Virus record (IMG/VR): IMGVR_UViG_3300017544_000005
Span: 1 to 38,657 of that record
Origin: a virus
Lineage: Duplodnaviria > Caudoviricetes
DNA: 38,657 bases
Reading direction: 5' to 3' (one strand)
In this document: piece after piece, positions 24,844 through 34,030 of the stretch
Layout of the letters: every line of letters begins with the position of its first letter
Position numbering within the stretch: the first letter of the stretch is position 1
Notes under the pieces: generated by a model
Told to the model about the DNA's origin: nothing
Database searches by the model: none
What the model saw: the letters and a program-made list of their open reading frames with translations, nothing else
Made by a program: the position numbers and the translations under genes

Positions 24844-25749
24844 TTAGGCCGCAGATTTTTTCAATGCGGCCACAAGATTATCATTTGCCGCTATCAGCCG
24901 CCTTTTGCCTTGCCGCTCTTTTGTGCGCTGATGGCCACTCACCCCGATATCTGCCAGACTGCCCGCATCCATCGCAGCGTCCAGAACGTCCCGATCCCTG
25001 TCCTTCAACTCTTGAAGCGCTTCAAACCAAAGGTCGCGATCGATCATCGCAGACAGTGTATCTTCCCAAGATTCATCTCCTCCTCCAGCACACGTCGTCT
25101 TTCGCATACCGAGGAAACTATCGGCCACCTTGGGTGAGCCACACGGCAATCCTTTTGGATATCGCGTGAAAGTAACCTTCTCCATGTCGGTGTTTGCGTA
25201 GGCATCTGCGAGAATTCGGGCGGATTCCTCAGCGCTGTAATCCGTACCATTTCGGCGCTTTCCGGATGGAATATATCGATGCGGCAGTGTTCCAAGCATA
25301 TCTTTAAAATAGTGATTGCTGGCCTTGGTATCCTTCGGATCAGCTCCACCACCCGACGCACGGTCGGGTTTATCTTTCATGCCGAGCATTGCGCCCGCTG
25401 GCATGCGAATGTCTGCCTGTATAACTTCGCCGTCGATGCCAAGTACGTACCCGACCTCAGTTTGATTGCCATCGCTGAACCGCAGCTTGCCTATGCGGAC
25501 AATCTGTCCTTTCCCGTTCTTCTCGATATCGCCGGTTGCAACGTTTTGCATGATGGCTTGCACGGACGGTGTCTGTCGCCAGTCCCGCTCATAACGCATG
25601 TCGGCGACCTCCTCGGGGTCATTGTCATTCAAACCAGGCGCAACAGACCAATTCGTCTGCAATGGTTCTCGCTGGCCTTCTGGGCGATTGCGATACGCCA
25701 TAAGCGATTTCAACTGTTCTGCGAGTGATACGTGTCTTGTATTCTTCAT
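24844..25749 (-). CDS. Putative late-transcription regulator (C-terminal sigma region 4-like segment); ssrA-like C-terminus
   Basis: Last gene before the late region (the Q position). C-terminal ALQELKDRDRDVL...SLADIG resembles a degenerate HTH. ATGA coupling to VRR-NUC. Function is inferred from position. Confidence 0.45.
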   Translation of the reverse strand: MKNTRHVSLAEQLKSLMAYRNRPEGQREPLQTNWSVAPGLNDNDPEEVADMRYERDWRQTPSVQAIMQNVATGDIEKNGKGQIVRIGKLRFSDGNQTEVGYVLGIDGEVIQADIRMPAGAMLGMKDKPDRASGGGADPKDTKASNHYFKDMLGTLPHRYIPSGKRRNGTDYSAEESARILADAYANTDMEKVTFTRYPKGLPCGSPKVADSFLGMRKTTCAGGGDESWEDTLSAMIDRDLWFEALQELKDRDRDVLDAAMDAGSLADIGVSGHQRTKERQGKRRLIAANDNLVAALKKSAA

Positions 25750-26249
25750 GCTGCCTTCCCCTTCTCTTGTGCAAGCCACTCCAGAACCGCCGTAACGGCC
25801 TGCTCAGCGGCTTCTGTCGTGGTTGTGGCCCGAATGACCAGTACAGTGAAGCCAAGCCTCTCAAGCGCTGAGTGGCGGTCTTTTTGGGCTGGTGACAGTC
25901 GTCCCTGCCCGACCTTGTTCTCGATCAACAGCAACCGACCGTTTTCGGCATAGATGCGGAGGTCAGGTTCGCCACTGGTCATTCCCGTCGCAATTGCCTG
26001 AGCCTGAGCCCTTGGACCACGCTTGCTGGCGTTCATGTCTCCCGCCAGCAGGAACTGACGCTGGTACTGTGGCAGGCGACGCAGGCTGGCGACTTGTGCC
26101 GCCTGCAATTCCCATTCGAGCGGCAGGGCCGGCTTTGTCGTCACCTTCCCGGCCTTGGTAGTGATCTTGACGCGGGCGCCGTTGATGCGGACGGTTTGTG
26201 TTTTGGTGGCGGTTGTAGACGAAGGCGCGCGCGTGCGGTTGCGTGCCAT
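25746..26249 (-). CDS. VRR-NUC domain nuclease (resolvase-like)
   Basis: E.ELQ, GMTSGEPDL, LIENKVGQGRLSPAQ...H..L..LGF.V.V. Confidence 0.88.
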   Translation of the reverse strand: MARNRTRAPSSTTATKTQTVRINGARVKITTKAGKVTTKPALPLEWELQAAQVASLRRLPQYQRQFLLAGDMNASKRGPRAQAQAIATGMTSGEPDLRIYAENGRLLLIENKVGQGRLSPAQKDRHSALERLGFTVLVIRATTTTEAAEQAVTAVLEWLAQEKGKAA

Positions 26250-26399
26250 GTTAGCTCCTCGTGTTGATTGCGGTATGCCGTTGGTGGCGGCGTGAATCGG
26301 GACGGTGGCCCGATAGAAAGATGGAATGAGTCTCGAACGAATGTGTCAAGCGGAAAGTGGATGGCCGTCAGACAATGCGATTGTGCGCGCCTCGGTAAA

Positions 26400-26700
26400 T
26401 GTGGTGTTAATGGACAGGCAGAAAATGAGATGCCGAAAAACGGCGGTCGCATTAATTGTCCATTCTGCAACCCCTTTATATACAGACCCCATGAATCTAT
26501 ATAAAAAGGTACCTATTATATAATACGTGGATGAATGGATTTTATTATATATATAGAGATCAATCCATTGATTTCATTCATCTTTTTTACCTGATTTTTA
26601 TCCATCCAGAACCGATTAAAATCCGGGACAGAATTCGCTGATCGAATTTAATCCATGGACAGAATTGCTGCGGTGGATGGTTTTTAATCGGCCTATCAAA
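26400..26700. other. Putative replication origin (AT-rich core plus repeats)
   Basis: Very AT-rich stretch 26470-26620, direct repeats at 26620-26640 and 26650-26670, many TCCAT/ATGGA motifs; adjacent to the primase-helicase gene. Confidence 0.55.
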
Positions 26701-26727
26701 AACAACAAAACGGGGCCGAAGCCCCGT
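26697..26727 (-). terminator. Intrinsic terminator after the primase gene
   Basis: ACGGGGC-TTCG-GCCCCGT followed by TTTGTTGTTTTT. Confidence 0.85.
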
Positions 26728-26731
26728 CGTG

Positions 26732-29095
26732 TTAGTCCATCCAGACAAGCCGATTTGCCGGTCGCCCCCGCTTGGATTTCGCCTCCTGTTTTATCACCTT
26801 CCCAGTGTGAAAGAGTTCCTTCAATATCTCTTCCCGGCGGCGCCCCTCGATTGCTTTGCAACGATCGAACAAACGGCTTTCCGTGATGCCTTTGGTGCCT
26901 GCCTTGCGGATCAACCCCACAATGCGCTTGTAGTTTGCCTCACGATCATTGTCGGCCAATCGCTCTGTCACTTCGGCGATCATCGTAGCCGCGCACGTCC
27001 AGGCTACACATGAAGCCCACTCGAAATCTGTTTCAGTTATGACCGGTTCCGTCGGGTCCTTCCCAACCGCAACGATCAGCGCAAGTTTTATCGCGTTTTC
27101 AATGATGCGTCGTGCAAACGGTCGAGCCTCTGACGCCAGCAGCTTTTCTCGAGCGTCAATCGAATCCTTGACCGACCTGAAAAGAGTGGTCGCATCTGGT
27201 GTCCATTGAACGATGTACGGCTTGTTTTCTCCATACGCCGACACTTGAATATTCATCCCAGACAGATTGCCACGCTTCGCAGCCACGTTAATGCCAGCTA
27301 CCGATGCCATACGCTCCATCAGAAGATACGGCACCTCGCGAACATCACGGGACGGCTTTACGGCGTCAGGCTTATCGCCTGTGACATAGAATAGGATAAG
27401 GCGTGGCAGCAAGCCATCCTCGGCGCTTGCGCTACTGAGGGCGGCCCAGAATTGCTCTGGTGTTGAAGTGCCGTGAATGCATAGCGTGGGGTTATAAATT
27501 CTCTTCGGAGGAACACCGCGATAGGCCGCACCTTCGAAGAATGTTGACGACGCCGAGTAATAGTCTCGCAGATCCGTCGAAATTGCCCGTTGATGACTAC
27601 CTGCCTTTCGGTCTGTGATATCGCGTATGAAGCCACCGAACTCATCGATCTGGCAATTGACCGACGGATGTTTCTCCAACACCTCGCGCAATGCCGACGC
27701 CGACATTATGCGCGCAGGGCCGCTATAAGCATCGAATATGCCTTGATCTGCCATGAGTATACGCTTGATCTGCGATCGGGCGTGCTCCTTACCGAAGCCT
27801 GATTCAGCAAGTGCAACAGTGTACAGGTTTGGTCGTGTATCGCGAGAACCCGTCGAATATCTGGCACCAGCCAACGATGCCAGCAATGGCAACACAGCAG
27901 CCATGGCAAGCGTGCGTGATGGCTGTTCCGCGCTCGATACGATCCAGTCAATCATGTCTTCAACCAACCCACCCGGGTAGGTCAGGCTTTCCAGATCGGC
28001 GACAGCCTCCAGTTTGTATTCTGGAACATCATCATCGTCGGTCTCTGGAACCACTTCGTCTGCATCTACCGGATGGTCGCTATCAGCTACATCGTCGTCA
28101 TGACGATTGCGATATTTCTCAATAAGGCCGGTCACGCTCACCGGTGGGGTGCTGTCATCATCGTAGAATGACCGTTCAGGAATTTGTCGTGGTTGGCGCA
28201 CGCCAGCAGACAAACCGTTTTCGATCGTCTTGCAGCACTTAACCCAGTCCCGGCCCCACCCCCGCGCAACATCCTGCAACAATTGACGTGCCTCGTGTTC
28301 TGGCAAAGCGCCAGCACCGACAAGCGTACCAAGAGAAAATGCCGCTGCGTTTAAACGATTGTTGCGCCCAGCACCCATAGGCACAGACGCGGTTTCTTCT
28401 AGCTCCAGTTGAATCGCACGGTCGATATAGGCGTCGTTACCCCCGCGATCATAGGTGTAATCCGTACCGGTCGATGTAGGCGCCTTTGGCAAAACGAGGT
28501 CCAGAAGCCATTGCGGGGCGTCAGCCAACGGCGGTAGCCCAGGGCCAGAATAGTCGACCCATTTGTAAGTGCGGCCGTCTTCCATCATGCTCCCGGGAGC
28601 GACGACGTACCCACCCGATCCACGAACATCCAGCCCAGCGCCAAGTCGACCCCGATTGCGAACGCCAGGTACATATTTGAAATAACGATGCTCTCCACCG
28701 CCCGCAGTACGGGCTGTGGCTGTTTTGGGGAGTGGTCCGAACTTATCTTCAAGGACGGCTAGCGTCTCGAACCCGTCGATAATCTCGCCGTTCTCGTCCT
28801 TGTGCACATCGACGTCGAGCACCCATGCGCCCAATTGTTCGCCGGTCGGGATGCCAACCATTGCGCCGGGGTTACGGTCCCAAAGAATATTCGTCACGCG
28901 GAGGTTTTTTGTGGCGCCCTTGAAGCCATTGCTCAAAAGAGGTGTTTTGGCTTTCAGAACAACAATTTCGCCGGTTTCTTCGTCAAATTCGTTGGTTTCC
29001 TCGTCTTTCGCCCGACATGGGAAAACCGGGATATCGGCAGCGATATAAGCAAGCGCGAGGTCGCGTGACGGATCAGATGCAATAGTCATGTTCAT
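26732..29095 (-). CDS. Bifunctional primase-polymerase (Prim-Pol) fused to a DUF3987-like helicase domain
   Basis: PVFPC, GFKGAT, VLDVD, TAGGGEHRYF, DVRGSGGYVVAPGS, GRNNRLN; C-terminal AESGFGKE P-loop, IDEFG, DGLLPR. Confidence 0.9.
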   Translation of the reverse strand: MNMTIASDPSRDLALAYIAADIPVFPCRAKDEETNEFDEETGEIVVLKAKTPLLSNGFKGATKNLRVTNILWDRNPGAMVGIPTGEQLGAWVLDVDVHKDENGEIIDGFETLAVLEDKFGPLPKTATARTAGGGEHRYFKYVPGVRNRGRLGAGLDVRGSGGYVVAPGSMMEDGRTYKWVDYSGPGLPPLADAPQWLLDLVLPKAPTSTGTDYTYDRGGNDAYIDRAIQLELEETASVPMGAGRNNRLNAAAFSLGTLVGAGALPEHEARQLLQDVARGWGRDWVKCCKTIENGLSAGVRQPRQIPERSFYDDDSTPPVSVTGLIEKYRNRHDDDVADSDHPVDADEVVPETDDDDVPEYKLEAVADLESLTYPGGLVEDMIDWIVSSAEQPSRTLAMAAVLPLLASLAGARYSTGSRDTRPNLYTVALAESGFGKEHARSQIKRILMADQGIFDAYSGPARIMSASALREVLEKHPSVNCQIDEFGGFIRDITDRKAGSHQRAISTDLRDYYSASSTFFEGAAYRGVPPKRIYNPTLCIHGTSTPEQFWAALSSASAEDGLLPRLILFYVTGDKPDAVKPSRDVREVPYLLMERMASVAGINVAAKRGNLSGMNIQVSAYGENKPYIVQWTPDATTLFRSVKDSIDAREKLLASEARPFARRIIENAIKLALIVAVGKDPTEPVITETDFEWASCVAWTCAATMIAEVTERLADNDREANYKRIVGLIRKAGTKGITESRLFDRCKAIEGRRREEILKELFHTGKVIKQEAKSKRGRPANRLVWMD

Positions 29096-29655
29096 GCTGC
29101 CCTCTTCTGTTCGGCTTTGCGACGCGCGCGATCAAGCGCGCGGATGACGACCTGCGATGTGTTCGGTTCGTCAACCGTCCATTGCGCGACGCTGCCGGCC
29201 TTTCGCCATGCGTCCGTTACGAACGCCAAATCTCCAACCGTGAGCGCGTCCTGCATGTCATCAAACGAGTATTCTGCCCTGCGTGGTCGAACAGTGTGGA
29301 TACCGATTGGCAAAACTGCGCCCTGCATTTCGATGGGCGCCATGCCAAGTAAAAGAACCTGGTACTTTGATGCGTGGGCCAGTGCTTTATTGTATGGGGC
29401 CAGCGCATCGTTATCGTTGCCACCTCTATTTACAGTGTCAATGTAGGTCGCCAGATCGACCGGCTTGACCTCGACCAGAACAGTTGTCAGGGACGTTCTC
29501 AGCAAGAAATCTGGCGCCCATCCTTCAAGGTCGAATGGTTCGTAATCCCATTTCAACCCGACGAGATCGAAAAATGCGGCCCAACGGGCTTCGGTGCGTG
29601 AACGAAAGTGAACGCCAGCGTATTCTGTAGGGATGGCTTTAATAGTATATTCCAT
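29092..29655 (-). CDS. PD-(D/E)XK-like nuclease-fold protein
   Basis: FRSRTEARWAAFFD...WDYEP...PDF...VEVKP. Confidence 0.7.
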   Translation of the reverse strand: MEYTIKAIPTEYAGVHFRSRTEARWAAFFDLVGLKWDYEPFDLEGWAPDFLLRTSLTTVLVEVKPVDLATYIDTVNRGGNDNDALAPYNKALAHASKYQVLLLGMAPIEMQGAVLPIGIHTVRPRRAEYSFDDMQDALTVGDLAFVTDAWRKAGSVAQWTVDEPNTSQVVIRALDRARRKAEQKRAA

Positions 29656-29680
29656 CAATCTTCCTTATTGGAGCCTGGAG

Positions 29681-29869
29681 ATGTCCAAAGGACGGTATGA
29701 AATGAAGAGAATGAGCAACGGCAAATGGTCGGTCGTCGATACCGAAACCGACCACGTGGCCAAGCTGCAAGATTCCTATTTAAGAGACCTCGATATCGAT
29801 GAGGCCGAGGCGGCGACGGCACTAATGAACCGAATTCATGCCGCAGGTCTAAACGTCACGCCGCAGTGA
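29681..29869 (+). CDS. Small opposite-strand hypothetical protein (62 aa)
   Basis: GGAG RBS before ATG 29681; MSKGRYEMKRMSNGKWSVVDTET... Its 3' end overlaps the MTase 3' end. Confidence 0.55.
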   Translation: MSKGRYEMKRMSNGKWSVVDTETDHVAKLQDSYLRDLDIDEAEAATALMNRIHAAGLNVTPQ

Positions 29870-30843
29870 TTGTCGTTGGCGGCCATAATCTCTGTTGCTA
29901 GGAAAGCTTCGATGAAGGCCTGCGCTGCGGGCGCAACGATTGCATTGCCGTAACCGCGCAATCGTCCCACTCGGGCGGCAATCCCATGAGCCAGCGGGAA
30001 TGTGCCGGGTTCAACTGGCCGCCACTTTCCATCCCGGCAGAAGAGCCAGTCAGCATCTCGCCAGTGGCCGTTAGTCGGGCTGGGCCCGCGATGGCCGCGA
30101 AGTCCTGCAATCTCTGCTGGTTCTTCGTGCCGTCCTCCCTTTTCATAATCACCGGGCGCGCTTCCCGGTCGTTGCTGCAACTCGGGGTGGGCCAGGCCGC
30201 CTGGTGCGCCATCATCGGAAGCGTCATGCCGCCCACGCCCTTTGTTCGTGAACTCGATGTGCTCTCTCTCAGGTGCCTGGCATTTCGAGCTTGCTTCGTT
30301 TCCCAAGTCTCGTTCATTGTGTCGACAGTTCGCGGTGTTGCCCAATGTGCCAACCCAGTAGAGCCGCTGTCGGATATGCGGCGCGCCGAAGCCCGCAGCG
30401 CAGGTATCGACCGCCCCAAAGGCGTATCCCGTAGCTTCCATGTCAGCTTGTACAAGGTCGAGCCAAGCAAGGCCGTCTTTGCTCGCAACCTGCTCGCCAG
30501 CGACGACTGCAGGTTGGCACTGCTCGATAAGATAATGGAAGTGCGGCCAGAGGTGCCGCTCGTCATCAAACCCTGCTCCTTTGCCTGCCGCGCTGAAAGG
30601 CTGGCAAGGGCACGATCCTGTCCATATGGGCGCTTCGTCTGGCCACCCCGCTCTTCTGAGGGCGTGAGACCAGACGCCAATGCCGGCGAAGAAATGGCAC
30701 TGGCTGTAGCCGGCAAGGTCGGAGGGTCGAACATCGACAATTGATCGTTCATCAACTTCTCCTGGTGCAATGTGGCCGGCCTTGATGAGTTCGCGCAGCC
30801 AAGCCGCTGCCTTCGGGTCAAACTCGTTGTAGTAAGCTGACAT
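29836..30843 (-). CDS. C5-cytosine DNA methyltransferase, alpha subunit
   Basis: Start MSAYYNE (ATG 30843, GAGG RBS). Motif I FFAGIG, IV GSCPCQPFS, VI EQV, VIII PHIRQRLY, X LRGYGNAIV. Motif IX is not evident. Confidence 0.9.
   Translation of the reverse strand: MSAYYNEFDPKAAAWLRELIKAGHIAPGEVDERSIVDVRPSDLAGYSQCHFFAGIGVWSHALRRAGWPDEAPIWTGSCPCQPFSAAGKGAGFDDERHLWPHFHYLIEQCQPAVVAGEQVASKDGLAWLDLVQADMEATGYAFGAVDTCAAGFGAPHIRQRLYWVGTLGNTANCRHNERDLGNEASSKCQAPEREHIEFTNKGRGRHDASDDGAPGGLAHPELQQRPGSAPGDYEKGGRHEEPAEIAGLRGHRGPSPTNGHWRDADWLFCRDGKWRPVEPGTFPLAHGIAARVGRLRGYGNAIVAPAAQAFIEAFLATEIMAANDNHCGVTFRPAA
29898..30752 (-). CDS. Nested beta subunit of the C5-MTase (alternative frame, M.EcoHK31I-like)
   Basis: Open frame inside the alpha gene with its own AGGAG RBS before ATG 30752; WATP/WPTP repeats and GQLNPAHSRWLMGLPPEW (motif IX-like). 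Confidence 0.75.
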   Translation of the reverse strand: MNDQLSMFDPPTLPATASAISSPALASGLTPSEERGGQTKRPYGQDRALASLSARQAKEQGLMTSGTSGRTSIILSSSANLQSSLASRLRAKTALLGSTLYKLTWKLRDTPLGRSIPALRASARRISDSGSTGLAHWATPRTVDTMNETWETKQARNARHLRESTSSSRTKGVGGMTLPMMAHQAAWPTPSCSNDREARPVIMKREDGTKNQQRLQDFAAIAGPARLTATGEMLTGSSAGMESGGQLNPAHSRWLMGLPPEWDDCAVTAMQSLRPQRRPSSKLS

Positions 30844-30850
30844 GGCCGCC

Positions 30851-31168
30851 TCAGAATGGAGCTTCATTAAGGGCCGCACGCATCCCTCGCCCGCAGCCGG
30901 TCCATGCGGCTTTGACCAACATGCGCGCTTCGAGCTCGTCCATGTCCTTAAGGTCGGTCTTTCCCAACTCTTGAAGGTATGAACCAACCGCCTCGACGCC
31001 AGTATCAAGGGCGCGCAGTTCGTAAGGATCGAGCCTTTTACGATGCCGAATATGCTCGGCAATGTCGGCACATTCCTTGCACAGCCAGCGGATAGGTTCG
31101 CGGTCTGCTTGCACGCCGAGGCCGGTGGCGTGTCTCTGGCAAACAGCACACACATCGTCAGGCTGCAT
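30851..31168 (-). CDS. Small Zn-finger hypothetical protein
   Basis: ATG 31168 with GGAG RBS; CAVC...CKEC; ends in EAPF. Confidence 0.7.
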   Translation of the reverse strand: MQPDDVCAVCQRHATGLGVQADREPIRWLCKECADIAEHIRHRKRLDPYELRALDTGVEAVGSYLQELGKTDLKDMDELEARMLVKAAWTGCGRGMRAALNEAPF

Positions 31169-32195
31169 TTGCAATCTCCGCGTTGTTGTCGTTGGCCACG
31201 TCGAAGATGTTGTCTTGACGGTGATCAAGCGCCGCAATGTTCCGCACAGCCTGCGAAAAGTAGGACGGCTTTAGCTCGAACCCGATACCCTTACGCCCAG
31301 CAGCAACTGCGCCGTAAACCTCGCTGCCGATGCCCAAAAACGGTGTCAGAACGACGTCGCCGGGATTGCTCCACAGTTCGATGCAGCGCTCGATAACATC
31401 CAACTGCAAAGGCGAAATGTGCTGCTCGTCTTTCTCGTCGCGCGCCGATCGATATTGCAGGGTGCGTGTCTGGTTAATGTCCATCCAGACCGGCGATGCA
31501 TAACGCTGCCAGACTTCAATCGAGAACCATTTCTCGGCCCGTGCACGATCTTCGCCAGATGCCAGCCGATCCGCTAGTGCCGTAGGTTCGTTGCCATAAC
31601 CGACATAACGGTCGAACATGCCATCAACCGGGTCAGGATTATCGCCCGGCTTGCGGAACATCAGCATATAGTCTGCAAGGCCTTGCCCGCTAATGGTGCT
31701 GTCTTTGGTGATCTGCTTATGCAGAAGGCGAATGGATTTCGTGCGCTGCTGCGCGACAACTGGATCTTTCCAGATGCAAACTTCACTATGGAATATCCAT
31801 CCTGCATCCTCGTACGCACGAACGACCTCGCCGCGGAAGTCGCGCATGCCGATATGGCCATGTCTGATCTTGCTGGTTGGCAACTGCATACAATGCACTG
31901 CGTGGATTCTGCCCTGCATGGTCACGCGTAGCAATTCTTGGATCAGGTAGGCGTAGTGCTCCCAGAACCCATCGCCATCGTTGTTGCTGATGTCGCGATC
32001 GGAATTGCTGAACCGATAAAGCCCCTCGAAAGGCGGGCTATGGATGCCGAAATGCACCGTTCCCGTCGGTACTCCACGAATGAGCTCGCAAGCGTCGCCT
32101 TCATAGATGGCGTAATTTTCAGTGACGACTTGGCTGACGGCTTTCACCGCAGCGGTTTTCGTTTCGATAGATTGCTCGGTAAGTCTCTTGCTCAT
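31158..32195 (-). CDS. DNA amino-methyltransferase (N4-C/N6-A, beta class)
   Basis: Motif IV SPPF precedes motif I TPFLGIGSE; HISPLQLDVIERCI.LWSNPGD.V, GFELKPSYF. Confidence 0.9.
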   Translation of the reverse strand: MSKRLTEQSIETKTAAVKAVSQVVTENYAIYEGDACELIRGVPTGTVHFGIHSPPFEGLYRFSNSDRDISNNDGDGFWEHYAYLIQELLRVTMQGRIHAVHCMQLPTSKIRHGHIGMRDFRGEVVRAYEDAGWIFHSEVCIWKDPVVAQQRTKSIRLLHKQITKDSTISGQGLADYMLMFRKPGDNPDPVDGMFDRYVGYGNEPTALADRLASGEDRARAEKWFSIEVWQRYASPVWMDINQTRTLQYRSARDEKDEQHISPLQLDVIERCIELWSNPGDVVLTPFLGIGSEVYGAVAAGRKGIGFELKPSYFSQAVRNIAALDHRQDNIFDVANDNNAEIANAA

Positions 32196-32214
32196 GAAAT
32201 TCTCCTCGTGTCGG

Positions 32215-33615
32215 TCAGTGGGCTACGGCGTTGGTGGTGAGCCACGCCGGTATCTGCATAGGCTGTTGCGGGTTATAGTTCGGCTTGTCGCGCACAGCGC
32301 CACGAACCGCCTCGCTGGATAGGTCCGCCATGTGCATGACCATCGCAGCTGCCATACGTTCGGCATCGGCTTCCTTGCGCCGGAGATTGGCAACAATCGC
32401 GCCTTCGGTTTCTGCCGCGATGAAATGAACGTTGACTGGCTTCGTCTGGCCGAAACGCCAGAACCGCCGAACTGCTTGGAATATCTGCTCGAAGCTGTCG
32501 TTAAGACCGACGAAGCCGGTATCAGCGCAGTGCTGGAAGTTGAGGCCAAAGCCACAGATCGAAGGCTTGGACACTAACACTCGCGCCTTGCCGGATAGGA
32601 AGTCAGCAATCTTGCATTCCTTGTCGTCGTCCTTGTCCGATCCAGACAAGTTGATAGCGCCCGGTATAACCTTTGCAAGTGCATCAGCCTCGCTATTGAG
32701 ATTGCACCACCATACAAATGGCCTGTCATTTGGCGTCAGACGGGCAGCAAGCGCGACGCGTTCGCCTACGCTGTCTTTCCTCGCCGAAATGCGTTCCTGC
32801 ATCGTACGGGCTTCCATAGGGAAAAGTAGCCCTGTCTCGACGCTCGGCGCATATTCCACCTGCACCGTATGCTGGTCATATGTCAGCGGCGGCAGATCGT
32901 ATCCGGTGTTGTCATAACCAAGATCGGAAGGCTTGCGCAGCATCACAGACCATGACGCCATCCACTTCCAAAACTCGGTTTCAGCATGGCCTTTCAGACG
33001 CCATTTCTGTGTCTCGCCGCCATCGTGGATGAAGAACGTGGCCAGCATGTCGGTATATGACATGACGCCGAGAAACTCCGCGTGGTTGCCAAGCTCCATG
33101 AAATCATTCGGCGCTGGCGTAGCAGTTGCAGCCAGACGAAACGGGATTGCCGCGCATTCTTCAATCAGTCGATTGCGATACTTTCCGTCTGTGGACTTTA
33201 GGATTGAGCTTTCATCGATCACAACGCCACCAAATTCTTCTAGCGAGAAATGATCCATCTTCTGGTAATTTGTGACGTTGATGCCCTGCCCAACGTCCGA
33301 CTGCGATGCAACAATACGCGCCGGGATGCCAAACTTCGCGGCCTCGCGGATATGCTGTGCTGCAACTGCCAGCGGTGCGAATATCAGCGCTGGCTTGCCG
33401 GTATAGTCCGAGACATGCTCGGCCCACGTCAGTTCCATAAGCGTCTTGCCTAGCCCCGTGCCAGCGAATATGGCAGCGCGCCCACGACGCAAAGCCCACC
33501 GCACGATATCACGCTGATGTGGCTTTAGCGTCTGGCTTAGTTCTGGAATGTCAGTCATTCCCGTAGCGGGATCGGCAATAGCCTTCCCGTGCAGGAAACG
33601 CGCGTAGGCGTCCAT
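32215..33615 (-). CDS. SNF2-like (SF2) helicase/ATPase paired with the MTase
   Basis: GTGLGKT, IDESSILK, ATATPAPND, GFGLNFQ, QAVRRFWRFGQ. Start 33615 fits the GAGGAG spacing. Confidence 0.88.
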   Translation of the reverse strand: MDAYARFLHGKAIADPATGMTDIPELSQTLKPHQRDIVRWALRRGRAAIFAGTGLGKTLMELTWAEHVSDYTGKPALIFAPLAVAAQHIREAAKFGIPARIVASQSDVGQGINVTNYQKMDHFSLEEFGGVVIDESSILKSTDGKYRNRLIEECAAIPFRLAATATPAPNDFMELGNHAEFLGVMSYTDMLATFFIHDGGETQKWRLKGHAETEFWKWMASWSVMLRKPSDLGYDNTGYDLPPLTYDQHTVQVEYAPSVETGLLFPMEARTMQERISARKDSVGERVALAARLTPNDRPFVWWCNLNSEADALAKVIPGAINLSGSDKDDDKECKIADFLSGKARVLVSKPSICGFGLNFQHCADTGFVGLNDSFEQIFQAVRRFWRFGQTKPVNVHFIAAETEGAIVANLRRKEADAERMAAAMVMHMADLSSEAVRGAVRDKPNYNPQQPMQIPAWLTTNAVAH

Positions 33616-33674
33616 CCTCATCTCCTCGTGTTTCGTGGTGGTAACCCGCCAGTTGGTGGCTGGCGGGGTGTTGA

Positions 33675-33833
33675 TTATAGGCTGGATGCGCCGCCTTGCT
33701 GCACGGCAGCAATCGGGCGGACTAGGTCGGGAAACCAGTCGTCGTAGGTGGCGACGTCGATCATTGCCTCTTCCAATGAGTACATGTCATTGATGTACGC
33801 GTCATAGTCTGGCTCGTATTCGTGCGGAGCCAT
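33675..33833 (-). CDS. Small acidic protein (52 aa), not in the ORF track
   Basis: Manual translation: MAPHEYEPDYDAYINDMYSLEEAMIDVATYDDWFPDLVRPIAAVQQGGASSL. It fills the gap in the operon; the RBS is weak. Confidence 0.5.
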   Translation of the reverse strand: MAPHEYEPDYDAYINDMYSLEEAMIDVATYDDWFPDLVRPIAAVQQGGASSL

Positions 33834-33847
33834 TAGCCACTCGTAGC

Positions 33848-34030
33848 TCACAACAACTTCTCCATACAGACGCGAATAACCCCGCGCAGTTCATAGAAGT
33901 TGCGTGCTTCGTCGATGGCATTCAGAAGGTACTCGCGGTCCACTTGTTTCCTTGCCTCGTCCAGCCCCAACCCTTGCTCCCGCAAGCGTTTGATGCGCGG
34001 CACATAATCCGCGGGGTCTAGCTTCGCCAT
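33848..34030 (-). CDS. Small hypothetical protein
   Basis: TGATG coupling to the Gp157 gene; 60 aa, predicted helical. Confidence 0.65.
   Translation of the reverse strand: MAKLDPADYVPRIKRLREQGLGLDEARKQVDREYLLNAIDEARNFYELRGVIRVCMEKLL

Noticed and set aside
26320-26350. TTGACA at 26344-26349 (minus strand) as the promoter for VRR-NUC
   Set aside because: There is no acceptable -10 at 16-18 nt spacing, so it is not supportable.
29986-30744. 252 aa plus-strand ORF opposite the MTase
   Set aside because: It is the antisense mirror of the nested beta frame and has no recognisable motif.
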